A stretch of 64,000 nucleotides of DNA. It comes from Octopus sinensis. Lineage: Eukaryota. This document shows positions 54,153 to 64,000 of this stretch, one piece after another. Location of the stretch: the NCBI RefSeq assembly GCF_006345805.1, contig NC_043000.1, forward strand, positions 82,398,001-82,462,000, given 5' to 3'. The notes below the pieces were generated by a model. It saw only the letters and a program-made list of their open reading frames with translations. It searched no databases and was not told the DNA's origin. How positions within the stretch are numbered: position 1 is the first letter of the stretch; each line of letters begins with the position of its first letter. A program made the position numbers and the translations under genes.

Positions 54153-54662
54153 CTATGTATATTTCCTGTTTAGTACTGAGGATGTTTCATTAATGACGAC
54201 GTACTCTTGTACTTGTCTGAGTGTTGGGTCCTTTGGGTGCTTGGATAAAATGCGGATGTCAAGTTGACCCAGTGTGCCTCCATGTTGGTCTTTGGCATGT
54301 TGGTAGAGTATGGAGGATTTTATTTTGTCGTCATATTGTCTTAGATGTTCATTTAGTCTCTCCGCAATGGTCCTAGATGTCTCACCTATGTATAGTCTGT
54401 TCTTGTCTTTACAAGCACCTTCTTTGCACCTTATGCTGTATACTACACTTCTAGTTCTACAGTTAATGGCAGGGTTAATCCTACATACCATGCAGTTATC
54501 ACTGGTGCATATGGTATTCTCCAAGGGGTACGTCCTACATAGTTGTGATCTAATGGAGCTCCTTGGTTTTTCAACTATCTTAATGTTGAGTTTAGCCTCC
54601 TTCAGAGCTTTCCTAAATCTACTGGTTAGTTCTCCATGGGTTGTGGCCTCCACAAACATCAC
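54153..54662 (-). CDS. GIY-YIG endonuclease domain of the PLE (open 169-aa segment)
   Basis: CxxxxCxxC linker, VVYSIRC...LYIGETSRTIAERLNEH, ILYQH, RQVQE, LNRK. Confidence 0.85.
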   Translation of the reverse strand: MMFVEATTHGELTSRFRKALKEAKLNIKIVEKPRSSIRSQLCRTYPLENTICTSDNCMVCRINPAINCRTRSVVYSIRCKEGACKDKNRLYIGETSRTIAERLNEHLRQYDDKIKSSILYQHAKDQHGGTLGQLDIRILSKHPKDPTLRQVQEYVVINETSSVLNRKYT

Positions 54663-55029
54663 TCCTTAATATTTGTCAGTTTTGTACTACGTGTTCACCC
54701 TGTTTGCTTTGTCACAGACTCTTTGTATCCTATTCCACTCTTAACTTCTATAATCTAGGATAGATACCACTAGTTTCATTACTTATGATGCTACCTAACG
54801 TCTTTCTAGCACCCCTGTATACCCGAACCCTATATTTCTGATCATATCCAGAGAATTGCATGCGGTGCATGAAGTTTTTTTTTGTTTTATATGGTTCGCA
54901 TAGTAGGGACACGTTGTTCATTATCCTAACGAAGTCTGCTATCAGTATGTTGATTTTCATGTTGTATGACAAAGCTGAGTCCTTGTGACCAACATATTTA
55001 GAAGCTATGGGCTTCATGTAATAGGAGAG

Positions 55030-55309
55030 AAGGTTGGGGGTGTAGATCTGGGTTGCAATAATCAGCTGGCAGCAGCTACAATCGCAACAATCTCGTGTCC
55101 CACTCCTCCCCAATCCCGCCATCCCCTACCTATACTTCCACTCAATACCCATCATACCCATTTACCCAGCCGGGTATAATACCCTTGTTGTATATTGTAG
55201 TATTATCTTGCAGGTGAGAAGGTGCACACTCCGTCACACCTCCCCTGCTATTAGCTATGCACTCCAATATTAAGTCGCTTTCTGTGTGTGTGTATGTGAT
55301 GTGTATGTG

Positions 55310-55341
<32 letters not shown>

Positions 55342-55770
55342 GCAATATAAAAGTGAGTCGAAATGATTGTACAGGCGGGAGGTGTTCTCGCGTGTGTATA
55401 CATAGATGACACGAGTACATTCTACCTAAGTATATATAACAAAAGCTTACATACGTTCCTCACAAGCACTGTACAAAACATAAAAGTGGTTTCAAATTTT
55501 GGCACAAGGCCAGCAATTTCGGCGAAGGTGATAAGTCGTTTACATCGAGTCTAATGTTCAACCGCTATTTATTTTATCGACCCCCAAAGGATAAAAGGGA
55601 ATGTCGACCTCAGCGGAATTTAAACTCAAGGACCTAAAGACGAACAAAATGCTGCTAAGTATTTTGCCCGGCATGCTAACGATTCTTTTCTACTCAAAGC
55701 ACAAGGCCCGAATTTTGGGGGAGGGCTCCAGTCGGTTAGATCGACCCCAGTACACAACTGGTACTTAGTT
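55030..55770 (-). repeat. Inverted duplicate of 51344-52265 (lacking the nested SINE) inserted in a PLE ORF
   Basis: Colinear reverse complement, e.g. GTGAGTCGAAATGATTGTACAGGCGG and CACCTCCCCTGCTATTAGCTATGCACTCCAATATTAAGTCG. Confidence 0.9.
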
Positions 55771-56441
55771 GCACTCTGTTGTTCACAGTGTCTAACCAAA
55801 GTTCAGTATCAAGGACTGGGAGTCTATTGTTAGGGTACCTAGTGGGATAATCTAAAACTACCTTGATACTTTGGTGGATGGAGTTAGCTACATGTTAGAT
55901 GCTATTCATTGTGCTCCTCTCGGTTTCTACATTGCAGTTACTTGAGCCTGTCCTAACTAGAATATTAATATCATCTACATACCTACAGTAAAGTAAAACA
56001 GTAGTGGACTGTTCTGCTAAGGGTTGCTTAAGTTTTCTGTCCCACTATGTCATGAAGAAGCTGGTCAGATCTCCAACTACACCGACACCAATGGCTGCAC
56101 CTCTAACCTGTATGTATAGTTTGTTGTTAAACTTTACTATGTGGTTCTTCAAGGTGGTTCTTATGCTAGCCCCTATTGCATGTGCAATCGTTCTTTTCAC
56201 CTGACCGTTGTTCTCAGGGTCTTGGGTGGGTATGGTCCATACATATATACATATTACGAACTGGTATTAACACTGCATATATATACAATCATATATATAT
56301 ATATATTTGCGCCTATGCGTATATTAAATGTATATTTGTATGTTTGTTATTTGTGTCTGTGTTTGTACCCCCACCATCATTTGACAACTGATGTTGGTGT
56401 TTTTGCGTCCCCGTCACTTAGCGGTTCGGCAAAATAGACCG

Positions 56442-56505
<64 letters not shown>

Positions 56506-57115
56506 TGATAGATAGTGAGTGAGTGAGTGAGTGAGTGAGTGAGTGAGTGAGTGAGAGGGAGGGAGGGAATGAATGAGTGGTTGAGTGGTTAAAATGTTTA
56601 ATTAGCAAACAAACTGTTCTAAGTACACTCCCACTGCATACCACCTTTGGCAGATGTCTTCACTTATGACCTCTGTGATTTCGAAAATTACTTTCCCCTG
56701 TCCTTGCTAACGGTTCACATAGCATGCACCACCTGTCATTTTATAACTTTCTAACCACCTGGCGTGTCTGGTCGGCAGGAGGAGCAATCGCGTAAAACTG
56801 TTTCGTGTTTAGTAATCCTTGTTTCTATGACATTTTAACATATATTAGACGCTACGCACATTCAACATCAAGTTCTACTGAGCACTTATATGTCTTTCTA
56901 CCACAAAATAAACGAAGTTCTACCGAATAGCTCCGTATGGTTCACAACTGCCTATACACATAAGCATTACTCATGAACAGATAATGCAAATAATGATCGC
57001 GATTTTGAGCTGCTACAGCCTTGGGCCTACTATAACCTTGTAAGTAAATTTGGTAGACGGAAACTGAAAGAAGCCTGTCGAATATATAGATAGATAGATA
57101 GATAGATAGATATAC

Positions 57116-57156
<41 letters not shown>

Positions 57157-57157
<1 letters not shown>

Positions 57158-57575
57158 CTCTCTTTTACTCTTTTACTTGTTTCAGTCATTTCAGTCATGA
57201 CTGCGGCCTGCTGGAGTACCGCCTTTAGTCGATCAAATCGACCCGGGACTTATTCTTTGTAAGCCCAGTACTTATTTATATCCGTCTCTTTTGCCGAACG
57301 CTAAGTGACGGGGACGTAAACACACAGCATCGGTGTTCAAGCAAGGCTAGGGGGACAAACACACACACACAAACACACACACAACACACACACAAACACA
57401 CACACACACACACATATATATATACGACAGGCTTCTTTCAGTTTGCGTCTACCAAATCCACTCACAAGGCATTGGTCGGCCCGGGGCTATATGCCCAAGA
57501 TGCCACGCAGTGGGACTGAACCCGCAACCATGGGGTTGGTTAGCAAGCTACTTACCACACAGCCACTCCTGCGCC
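57157..57575 (-). mobile_element. SINE family A (full length)
   Basis: Reverse complement from tail TTACTTGTTTCAGTCATT to head CACAGCCACTCCTGCGCC. Confidence 0.9.
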
Positions 57576-57652
57576 TATGTATGTATGTACTTCAAATGAC
57601 TGAAACAAGTAAAAGATAAAACAGATACATACATACATACATACATACATAC

Positions 57653-57761
57653 AAAAATGCCCTGTTGATGTTGTTAAAATTCCAATGAAGGACCCTTGGA
57701 TCTGGGTTAGGTTCCGGCTCTTTCTCTGTTGGCAAGAAGTCTTGAAATAAAGCTGAATAGT
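57653..57761 (-). mobile_element. Short (TATG)n-flanked element, copy 3
   Basis: Reverse complement of 41276-41389, with (CATA)n on both sides. Confidence 0.65.
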
Positions 57762-57916
57762 CATACATACATACATACATGCATACATACATGTATGCAC
57801 ATACATGCACACACGCACACACACACACACTATATATATATATATGCATATACACACACAGATGTGTGTGCGTGTTGTGTGTGTGTGCGTGCTGTGTGTG
57901 TGTGTGTGTATGTGTA

Positions 57917-58016
57917 NNNNNNNNNNNNNNNNNNNNNNNNNNNNNNNNNNNNNNNNNNNNNNNNNNNNNNNNNNNNNNNNNNNNNNNNNNNNNNNNNNNN
58001 NNNNNNNNNNNNNNNN
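57917..58016. other. Assembly gap (100 N)
   Basis: Run of N. Confidence 1.
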
Positions 58017-58239
58017 ACACACACACACATGCACGCGCATGCGCCCGCGATCACACACAATCACACAACTCGTGCATACCCACCCACCTCTATACAATCA
58101 TAACGCGTCTCGGACGTTGCTCTTGTTGTTTATAACCTATCTTCAGTTGTTGTAGAAGCATTAGTAGTTGTGGTAGCACCACAATAGTATCGGTAGTGGT
58201 ATTGTTATTGTTATTGCTGCAGCTGTGACGATGGTGTTG

Positions 58240-58990
58240 GTACTGATGATGATGGTAGTGATGATGATGGTAGTGATGGTGGTGGCGCTGAAGGTGATGG
58301 TAGTGATGATGGTACGGTGGTGGTGGTGGTGGTGGTGGTGGTGGTGGTGGTGGTGGTGGTGGTGGTGGTGGTGGTGGTGGTGGTGGTGGTGGTGGTGGTG
58401 GTGATGGTGGTGGTGGTGGTGGTGTTAGGTGGTGGTGGTTATGGTGGTGGTGGTGGCAGCGGATGTATGGGGTGGTTGGTGTGGTGGTGGTGGTGGTGGT
58501 GATGGTGGTGGTGGGGTGGGGGGTGGTGGTGGTGATGGTGGTGGCTGGTGGGTGGTGGTGGTGGTGTTGGTGGTGGTGGTGGTGGCAGCAGAGTGTGGTA
58601 GTGGTGGTAGTGGTGGTGGTGGTGGTGGTGGTGGTGGTGGTGGTGGTGGCGGGGGTGATGGTGTTGGTGGTAGTTGTGGTGGTGGTAGTGGTGGTGGTGG
58701 CGGTGATGGTGGTGATTGTAGTGGTGGTTGTGGTGACGATAGCAGTTGTAGGGGTGGAAGTGGTGTTGGTGGTGGTGGTAGTGGTGATAGTGGATGTTTG
58801 TGGTGTGGTGGTGGTAGTGGTGACGGTTGTGATGATGGTGTTTATGTTGGGAGTGTTGTGTAATGCGGTGGTAGTGGTGGTGGTGATAGTGGTTGTGCTG
58901 TAAGGTGGTGTGAAGGTAGTGTAGTGATGATTGTGGTGGCGGAGGAGGTTGTAGTTATGTTGTTGTTGTGGTGTTGATTGCGGTGTGGCT
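58240..58990. repeat. (GGT)n-rich low-complexity tract
   Basis: Long perfect and degenerate GGT/GAT/GGC runs; source of the poly-V, poly-G and poly-W ORFs. Confidence 0.95.
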
Positions 58991-59125
58991 GTATTGGTGG
59001 TGGAAGTGGTAGTTGAGACGTTTTTAATGTTTTATTTTTAACTTGTTGAATGTGAAGGTTTCGATTTCTTTAGACTGTCCAAGACCAGTGAGTTGGATGC
59101 CATTTAATATTTGGTTAAAACTAAC

Positions 59126-59554
59126 GCGGTGAGCTGGCAGAATCGTCAGCACGCTGATCAAAATACTTTACGGCATTTCGTTCGTCTTTACGTTATGAGT
59201 TCAAATTCCGCCGAAGTCGTTCTGTGTGTTTAGTTTAATGACTTACCAACGTATACTGTCGGTTTCTTTGCTCTATGTGCCGGGAAGACCCTCAACAAAG
59301 TTGAAAATCTGAAATAAAATTGAAAGAAGAAAAATAATTATAATGATGCTGATGATAGTAACAATGGTTTCAAATTTTGCCACAAAACCTGCACTTCCGA
59401 GGCTAAGTTAATTAGATCGATTCCAGCGTTCAGCTGGTATTTATTTTATCGACCCAGAAAAAATGATAGCCAATGGAACTTGAACTCTGAACGTAAAGAC
59501 GGGCGAAATGCTGCTAAGCATTTCGCCTGACGTGCTAACGATTCTGTCTTCTCG
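59126..59554. mobile_element. Two inverted family B SINE copies (plus 59126-59220; minus about 59365-59554)
   Basis: GGTGAGCTGGCAGAATCG...GAGTTCAAATTCCGCCG, and GAACTCTGAACGTAAAGACG...GCTAACGATTCTG. Confidence 0.75.
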
Positions 59555-60811
59555 TTGCCTTCAATAATGATAATGAAGATGATTTCTTTTATTTGCCACA
59601 GGGGCATCAAATGAGAAGGATTTTGCAAGGACAGTTTACAATTCGTGTAGGGATTTTGATAAAAGACGAGAAGGGGGGGGGCGGAATGAGATCAAAAATA
59701 TACATAGTGTACAAAATATGTGAAAACATGTATGAAGTAGTTCCCCTGATACAAGAGAAGTCCAACACGGGCTAATCAAAGAGCCCCACAGATTCAGGAG
59801 CACCCTGGTCACCAAGGGCACGCACCCTCGCTCAACGGCTGTTCTCCTATTTACATGTGCACGCTTTGAGTAGTTTCATACGTCCGAACCATTTTTGCCA
59901 CTGTTAGTGCAGCTGGTGTTGGTGTTGTTCTCAAATTTTCTCTCTTCAAATCTCCCAGCTCTCAATGAGAGCAAATTTGTTTTGTATTTTGATTTTTTTT
60001 ACTTTTCCTCTGCTTTTTTTACAGTTTTCCATTTCTCCTGATGCCTTTGCTACAGGACATTTTTGAATGATTTGAAGCGGGAGAGGTACTATTGCTGATA
60101 TTAGCGATGTTGCTTTCCTTTTTGTTGTTGTTGTTGTCATGATGATTCTGTTTCTTTTTCGTAGTGTTTTTGCTTCTGGTGTCACTACTAATGGTTTTGA
60201 TTTTTGTATCTATTGTTGATTTTACTACTCTATTATTTGTTGTGTCAAAAGCAGCAGCGCTTCGATGCTTTTACTTTCTGTTGTGGATAAAAGTGATTGG
60301 CATTCTCATATATGTAACGCCTGACCCTTCTGTTTTCCACTGTGACGAGAATCCCTCTTCATTCTGTATTTGAATCAGATCTGACTCTTTTCCAGGTCTT
60401 CTGGTTCCACTTGTAATAGGACAAACTAACCCTATTTAAGACCAATTCTCCTGTCTATATATTGATTTACGTCTAGGCGTATGCCACTCCCCTCAAAAAC
60501 AACACATATTGTAACCCACCAGTTGTCCAGCTCTGGTGGTAATAAGGGCAATTTCCCTCTCACTATCCACCTTTCCAGGAAAGTAGGATGAAAACAAATT
60601 CCTCACTTCTACAGAGGACAACGGAATGCTTTCGTTCGAGGGCTTTGCAGGGGTATTACACTTTGAAGCCATCGAATTATTGGACCCTAAGTGATGAAAT
60701 TTATATTCGCTCATATTTCATGCAAGCACCTTTCCATTTGGGTGTGTCTGACCATTAACGCGCGACAATTTTTCAGCGAAACACATTTGTAGAGTCTTTT
60801 CTAGTAACTGT

Positions 60812-61113
60812 TTGTTTGTTCCTTCTCGAGCCACGCCTGGCTCATTAGGGCCGGTTTCCCAGTTTCCTTGGCGTATAGGTTCCCCACCTGGACGGGACGC
60901 CGGTCCGTCGCAGGTGAGCTGCAAGATGCAGGAGGAAAGAGTGAGAGAAAGTTGTGGCGAAAGAGTCGGTAGACGTTCGCCATTACCTTCTGCCGGAGCC
61001 GCGTGGTGCTTAGGTGTTTCGCTCATAAACACACACATCGCCCGGTCTGAGATTCGAACCCGCAATAGCTCGACCGCGAGTCCGCTGCTCTAACCATTAG
61101 GCCATGTGCCTCC
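60812..61113 (-). mobile_element. tRNA-headed SINE family D
   Basis: Minus strand GGAGGCACATGGCCTAATGGTTAGAGCAGCGGACTCGCGG...GGGTTCGAATCTCAGACCGGG (A and B boxes) plus a 250-nt body. Confidence 0.8.
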
Positions 61114-61965
61114 ACTCTAGTAACTGTACTGGTAGCTCTTTATTGCAAAATTTTACAAATTTTACAATTTTATAAATTGGTTTTGTTTGTCCACCATAAA
61201 AATATATATGATACTTGTAGCCGTTTTTTTGTGAAGGTGCACGCTTTTGTGGTGTTACTTTTGTGCAGTCTTAACGACAGAAGTATTGTTGGTTTGGGTG
61301 AGGTGGCGGGTGCTTTCTTTGTTGTCACACACCACTTTGCTTTCGTTATATTTTTCTGCTGTTGCTATTATATACTTGCTGTCACCTCTAACTGTCGCAG
61401 CAATGGTGGTGGTGGGGTACTTTCATTGTCGTGATACGTTACTTTGTGTGTTGTGTTATTACTGTTGTTGTTGCAAAACTGCATCTTGGAAGCGGCAGTG
61501 GTGTTGGTGGGGCATAACAGGTTGTTATTGTTATCTTTGTCTGAACCGTTGTTGTTATTGCTACTATTATTATTGCTGTTCCCGTTCGTGTAGTTTTTAA
61601 ACTTTGTACTTGAAAGGAAGGGAAAATATTTGTTCACCCTGTTTTCAAATCTCCCATTTCTCCCTTCTGTTGGCTGGTTGTTTAAGACCATCTTTTACAG
61701 TTATGATTTTGAACTCGTCGAAATCCTTTGCCTCAAAGATCCAAGAAACAAAAGAGCTAGTTAGCCCGCTGGCATCTTGTTTAGCTGAACAATAGGTATA
61801 AGCTTAAATAAAAGTAGAGTCAGGCTATGTTTAACTTAATAGCACCTCCTGATATATAACATATTAACAATGGAAATGTGTCTACTTATACTAATAAAAC
61901 AAAATTTGCGGAGAAAATTCGAATACGAGTTACTTGTACAGCAATTAGCAACAACAACAGCAACA

Positions 61966-62165
61966 GTGGAGACGTAATAGCCCAGTGGTTATGGCAGTGG
62001 ACTCGCGGACGTAAGAACGTGGTTTCGATTCCCAGACCGGGCATTGAGTGTTTATTGAGCTAAAACACCTAAGCTCCACGAGGCTCCGCCTGGGAAGGGT
62101 GGTGATCCCCGCTGTACTCTTTCACCACGACTTTCTCTCACTCTTTCTTCATACTTCTGCCACAA
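61966..62165 (+). mobile_element. SINE family D, 5' part
   Basis: GCCCAGTGGTTA..GTGGACTCGCGG...GTTTCGATTCCCAGACCGGG...AAACACCTAAGC.CCACG.GGCTCCG...ACTTTCTCTCACTCTTTC. Confidence 0.75.
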
Positions 62166-62247
62166 AGCAGAGGAACCATGGTGTAACCCACTATGGTGTG
62201 GTAAACTTTCAGACCCCAGTCTAGATTGCGAATCTTCTGTACCCCAG

Positions 62248-62344
62248 GATGGTTCAGCTCTCCACCCGTTAAAAGCCACCGTTTACAGAATGAAGATAAC
62301 AACGTAGATTTTGCGCCCGTGCAACCGTCAGTCTATCGCGTGTG
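62248..62344 (+). CDS. Candidate 97-nt internal exon of an unidentified host gene
   Basis: Acceptor TCTTCTGTACCCCAG, donor TG|GTGAGT, one open frame WFSSPPVKSHRLQNEDNNVDFAPVQPSVYRV; no homology recognised. Confidence 0.25.
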
Positions 62345-62429
62345 GTGAGTGGATCTTCAAATTGCCACACGCATTCTTAGTAGCTTAGAGTAGATCATTC
62401 TTTGTGGCTAGTGGCGTGAGTCCTGACTG

Positions 62430-62587
62430 GAAGAAGAAGAGAAGAAGAAAAGAAGAAGAAGAAGAAGAAAAAGAAGAAGAAGAAGAAGAAGAAGAAGAAG
62501 AGAAGAAGAAGAAGAAGAAAAGAAGAAGAAAAGAAGAAGAAGAAGAAGAAGAAGAAGAAGAAGAAGAAAAGAAGAAGAAGAAGAAGA
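62430..62587. repeat. (GAA)n polypurine tract
   Basis: Direct reading. Confidence 0.95.
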
Positions 62588-63077
62588 TAGCAACAATGAT
62601 AATCCTTTTTTCTATAGGCATAAGTTCTGAAATTTTGAGGGAAGTGGATACTCGATTGCATCGACCCCCCAGTACTCAACTGGTACTTATTTTATCATCA
62701 CCATAAGGATGAAAGGCAAAGATGACCTGATGATGATGATGATGGCGACGAAGACGGACTCTTCCGTCGAAGACCACATGAGTGTTAAGCTTTTTGCCGA
62801 ACGATCTGCACAAATGATTGTTTATAGTAATCAAATGTTCGTGCCGCACATTAGCTCGCTCTCTCTATCAAATCGACGTTGCCTCAATAGGTGCACGGTG
62901 TACCACGTGTTAGTTGTCATTGTGATCGTAGAACAACGTGAGATGAAATGATTTGTTCAAGAACACAGCGCACCACACGGTTTAGGAATTCAAACCATGT
63001 TCTCGCGATCATGAGGGCAGCAACCTAACTACAAGGCCACGCCGGAATAATAATAATAATAATAATAAATAATAATA

Positions 63078-63463
63078 GTGGCTGTGTGGTAAAAAGCTTG
63101 CTTCCCAACCACATTATTGGTTCAGTTCCACTGCGTGACACCTTGGGCAAGTGTCTTCAACTATAACCTTGGATCGACCAAAGGTTTGTGAGTGGATTTG
63201 ATTGACTGAAGCTGAAAGAAACCTATCGTACTTATGTATATATTTATGTGTGCCTTTGTGTTTGTGTTTGTCCCATCACCATCGCTTGACGACCGATGCT
63301 GGTGTATACTTACGTTCCCCTAGAGTAATCTCTAGGCTTACAAAGAATAAGTCTTGGGGTCGATTTCTTCAACTAAAAAACCCTTTGAGGTGGTGCTCCA
63401 GCTAAAAGAATAAAAGAATAAAAGAATGTGTGTGTGTGTGTGTGTGTTTGCATGTATGAATGT

Positions 63464-63552
<89 letters not shown>

Positions 63553-63768
63553 TATATACATACATGTATATGTGTGTTTGTGTCTGTGTTTGTCCCGCCA
63601 CCATCGCTTGACAACTAATGTCGGTGAATTTACGTCCCTATAACTTAGCGAGACCGATAGAATAAGTACTAGGCTCAAAAAGAATAAGTCCTCGAGTCAA
63701 TTTGTTCGACTAAAACCCCTTGAGGTGCTGCTCCAGCATTGCCGTTGTCAAATGACTGAATCAAGTAA

Positions 63769-63770
<2 letters not shown>
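63078..63770 (+). mobile_element. SINE family A copy (63078-63427) plus a second 3' half (about 63570-63770)
   Basis: GTGGCTGTGTGGTAAAAAGCTTGCTTCCCAACCAC...CACCTTGGGCAAGTGTCTT; second CCACCATCGCTTGACAAC...CTCCAGCAT..CAAATGACTGAATCAAGTAAAA. Confidence 0.8.
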
Positions 63771-63824
<54 letters not shown>

Positions 63825-63827
63825 TAA

Positions 63828-64000
63828 TAGGACATGGAACAAATAGGGTCTGCAATAAGGGTGGAGCACTTGCAGAAAACAGCATTGCTTGGAACCGCCC
63901 GAATACTCCGGAAGATGCTCGAGAAATAAGAGGTGTTACCTTAGTTCACTGGTAGTGAATAGCTGACACCGTAGTACATCTCCAGTGTTAGAAGGTGTGC
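63828..64000 (+). mobile_element. R4/Dong-type LINE extreme 3' fragment
   Basis: 63834-63929 encodes MEQIGSAIRVEHLQKTALLGTARILRKMLEK*, the typical RLE-LINE C-terminus; preceded by (TAA)n; runs off the window. Confidence 0.75.

Larger units (their letters stand above)
54150..56245 (-). mobile_element. Penelope-like element (RT core, thumb and GIY-YIG), interrupted
   Basis: NHIVKFNNKLYIQVRGAAIG, YCRYVDDINI, RLPVLDTELW (55771-56245); YYMKPIAS...MQFSGY (54670-55030); then the endonuclease; in-frame stops and frameshifts. Confidence 0.9.

Noticed and set aside
58317-58903. Gly-rich or Val-rich protein ORFs
   Set aside because: Translations of (GGT)n low-complexity DNA beside an assembly gap.
60615-60695. 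EDNGMLSFEGFA, resembling an EF-hand or PLC-epsilon segment
   Set aside because: Match limited to about 6 residues, in-frame stops nearby, weak donor, and no neighbouring PLC exons found.
60990-61113. tRNA gene calls at SINE heads (also 23230-23288 and 1687-1750)
   Set aside because: A and B boxes are present, but there is no complete cloverleaf or acceptor stem and each continues into a repeated SINE body.

Overview
Eukaryotic, AT-rich window dominated by microsatellites and transposon relics. It is most likely coleoid cephalopod (Octopus-like) intronic or intergenic DNA, inferred from the tRNA-headed SINE families and the extreme (TA)n/(CA)n/(TATG)n/(GATA)n density. No host protein-coding gene can be called with confidence, and most ORFs in the supplied track are simple-repeat artefacts. 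Recognisable coding material is all transposon-derived: three Penelope-like elements (PLE; RT and/or GIY-YIG), one 2.9-kb L1/Tx1-type LINE, several R4/Dong-type RLE LINE 3' fragments, three mariner relics plus a mini-MITE, and a Helitron. There are also about 25 SINE copies from at least four families. Four things stand out. (1) Minimal type I hammerhead ribozyme motifs: two near-intact (22856-22916, 33221-33263) and several decayed, one inside a protein-free 2.3-kb element with inverted terminal repeats (candidate non-autonomous PLE or retrozyme-like element). (2) LINEs of different clades each embedded in a different microsatellite: Tx1-like in (TCTA)n, R4-like in (CATA)n and (TAA)n. (3) Long fold-back palindromes (20267-20472, 46611-47029). 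(4) A local inverted templated insertion into a PLE ORF. All calls come from manual reading without database searches, and boundaries are approximate unless stated otherwise.
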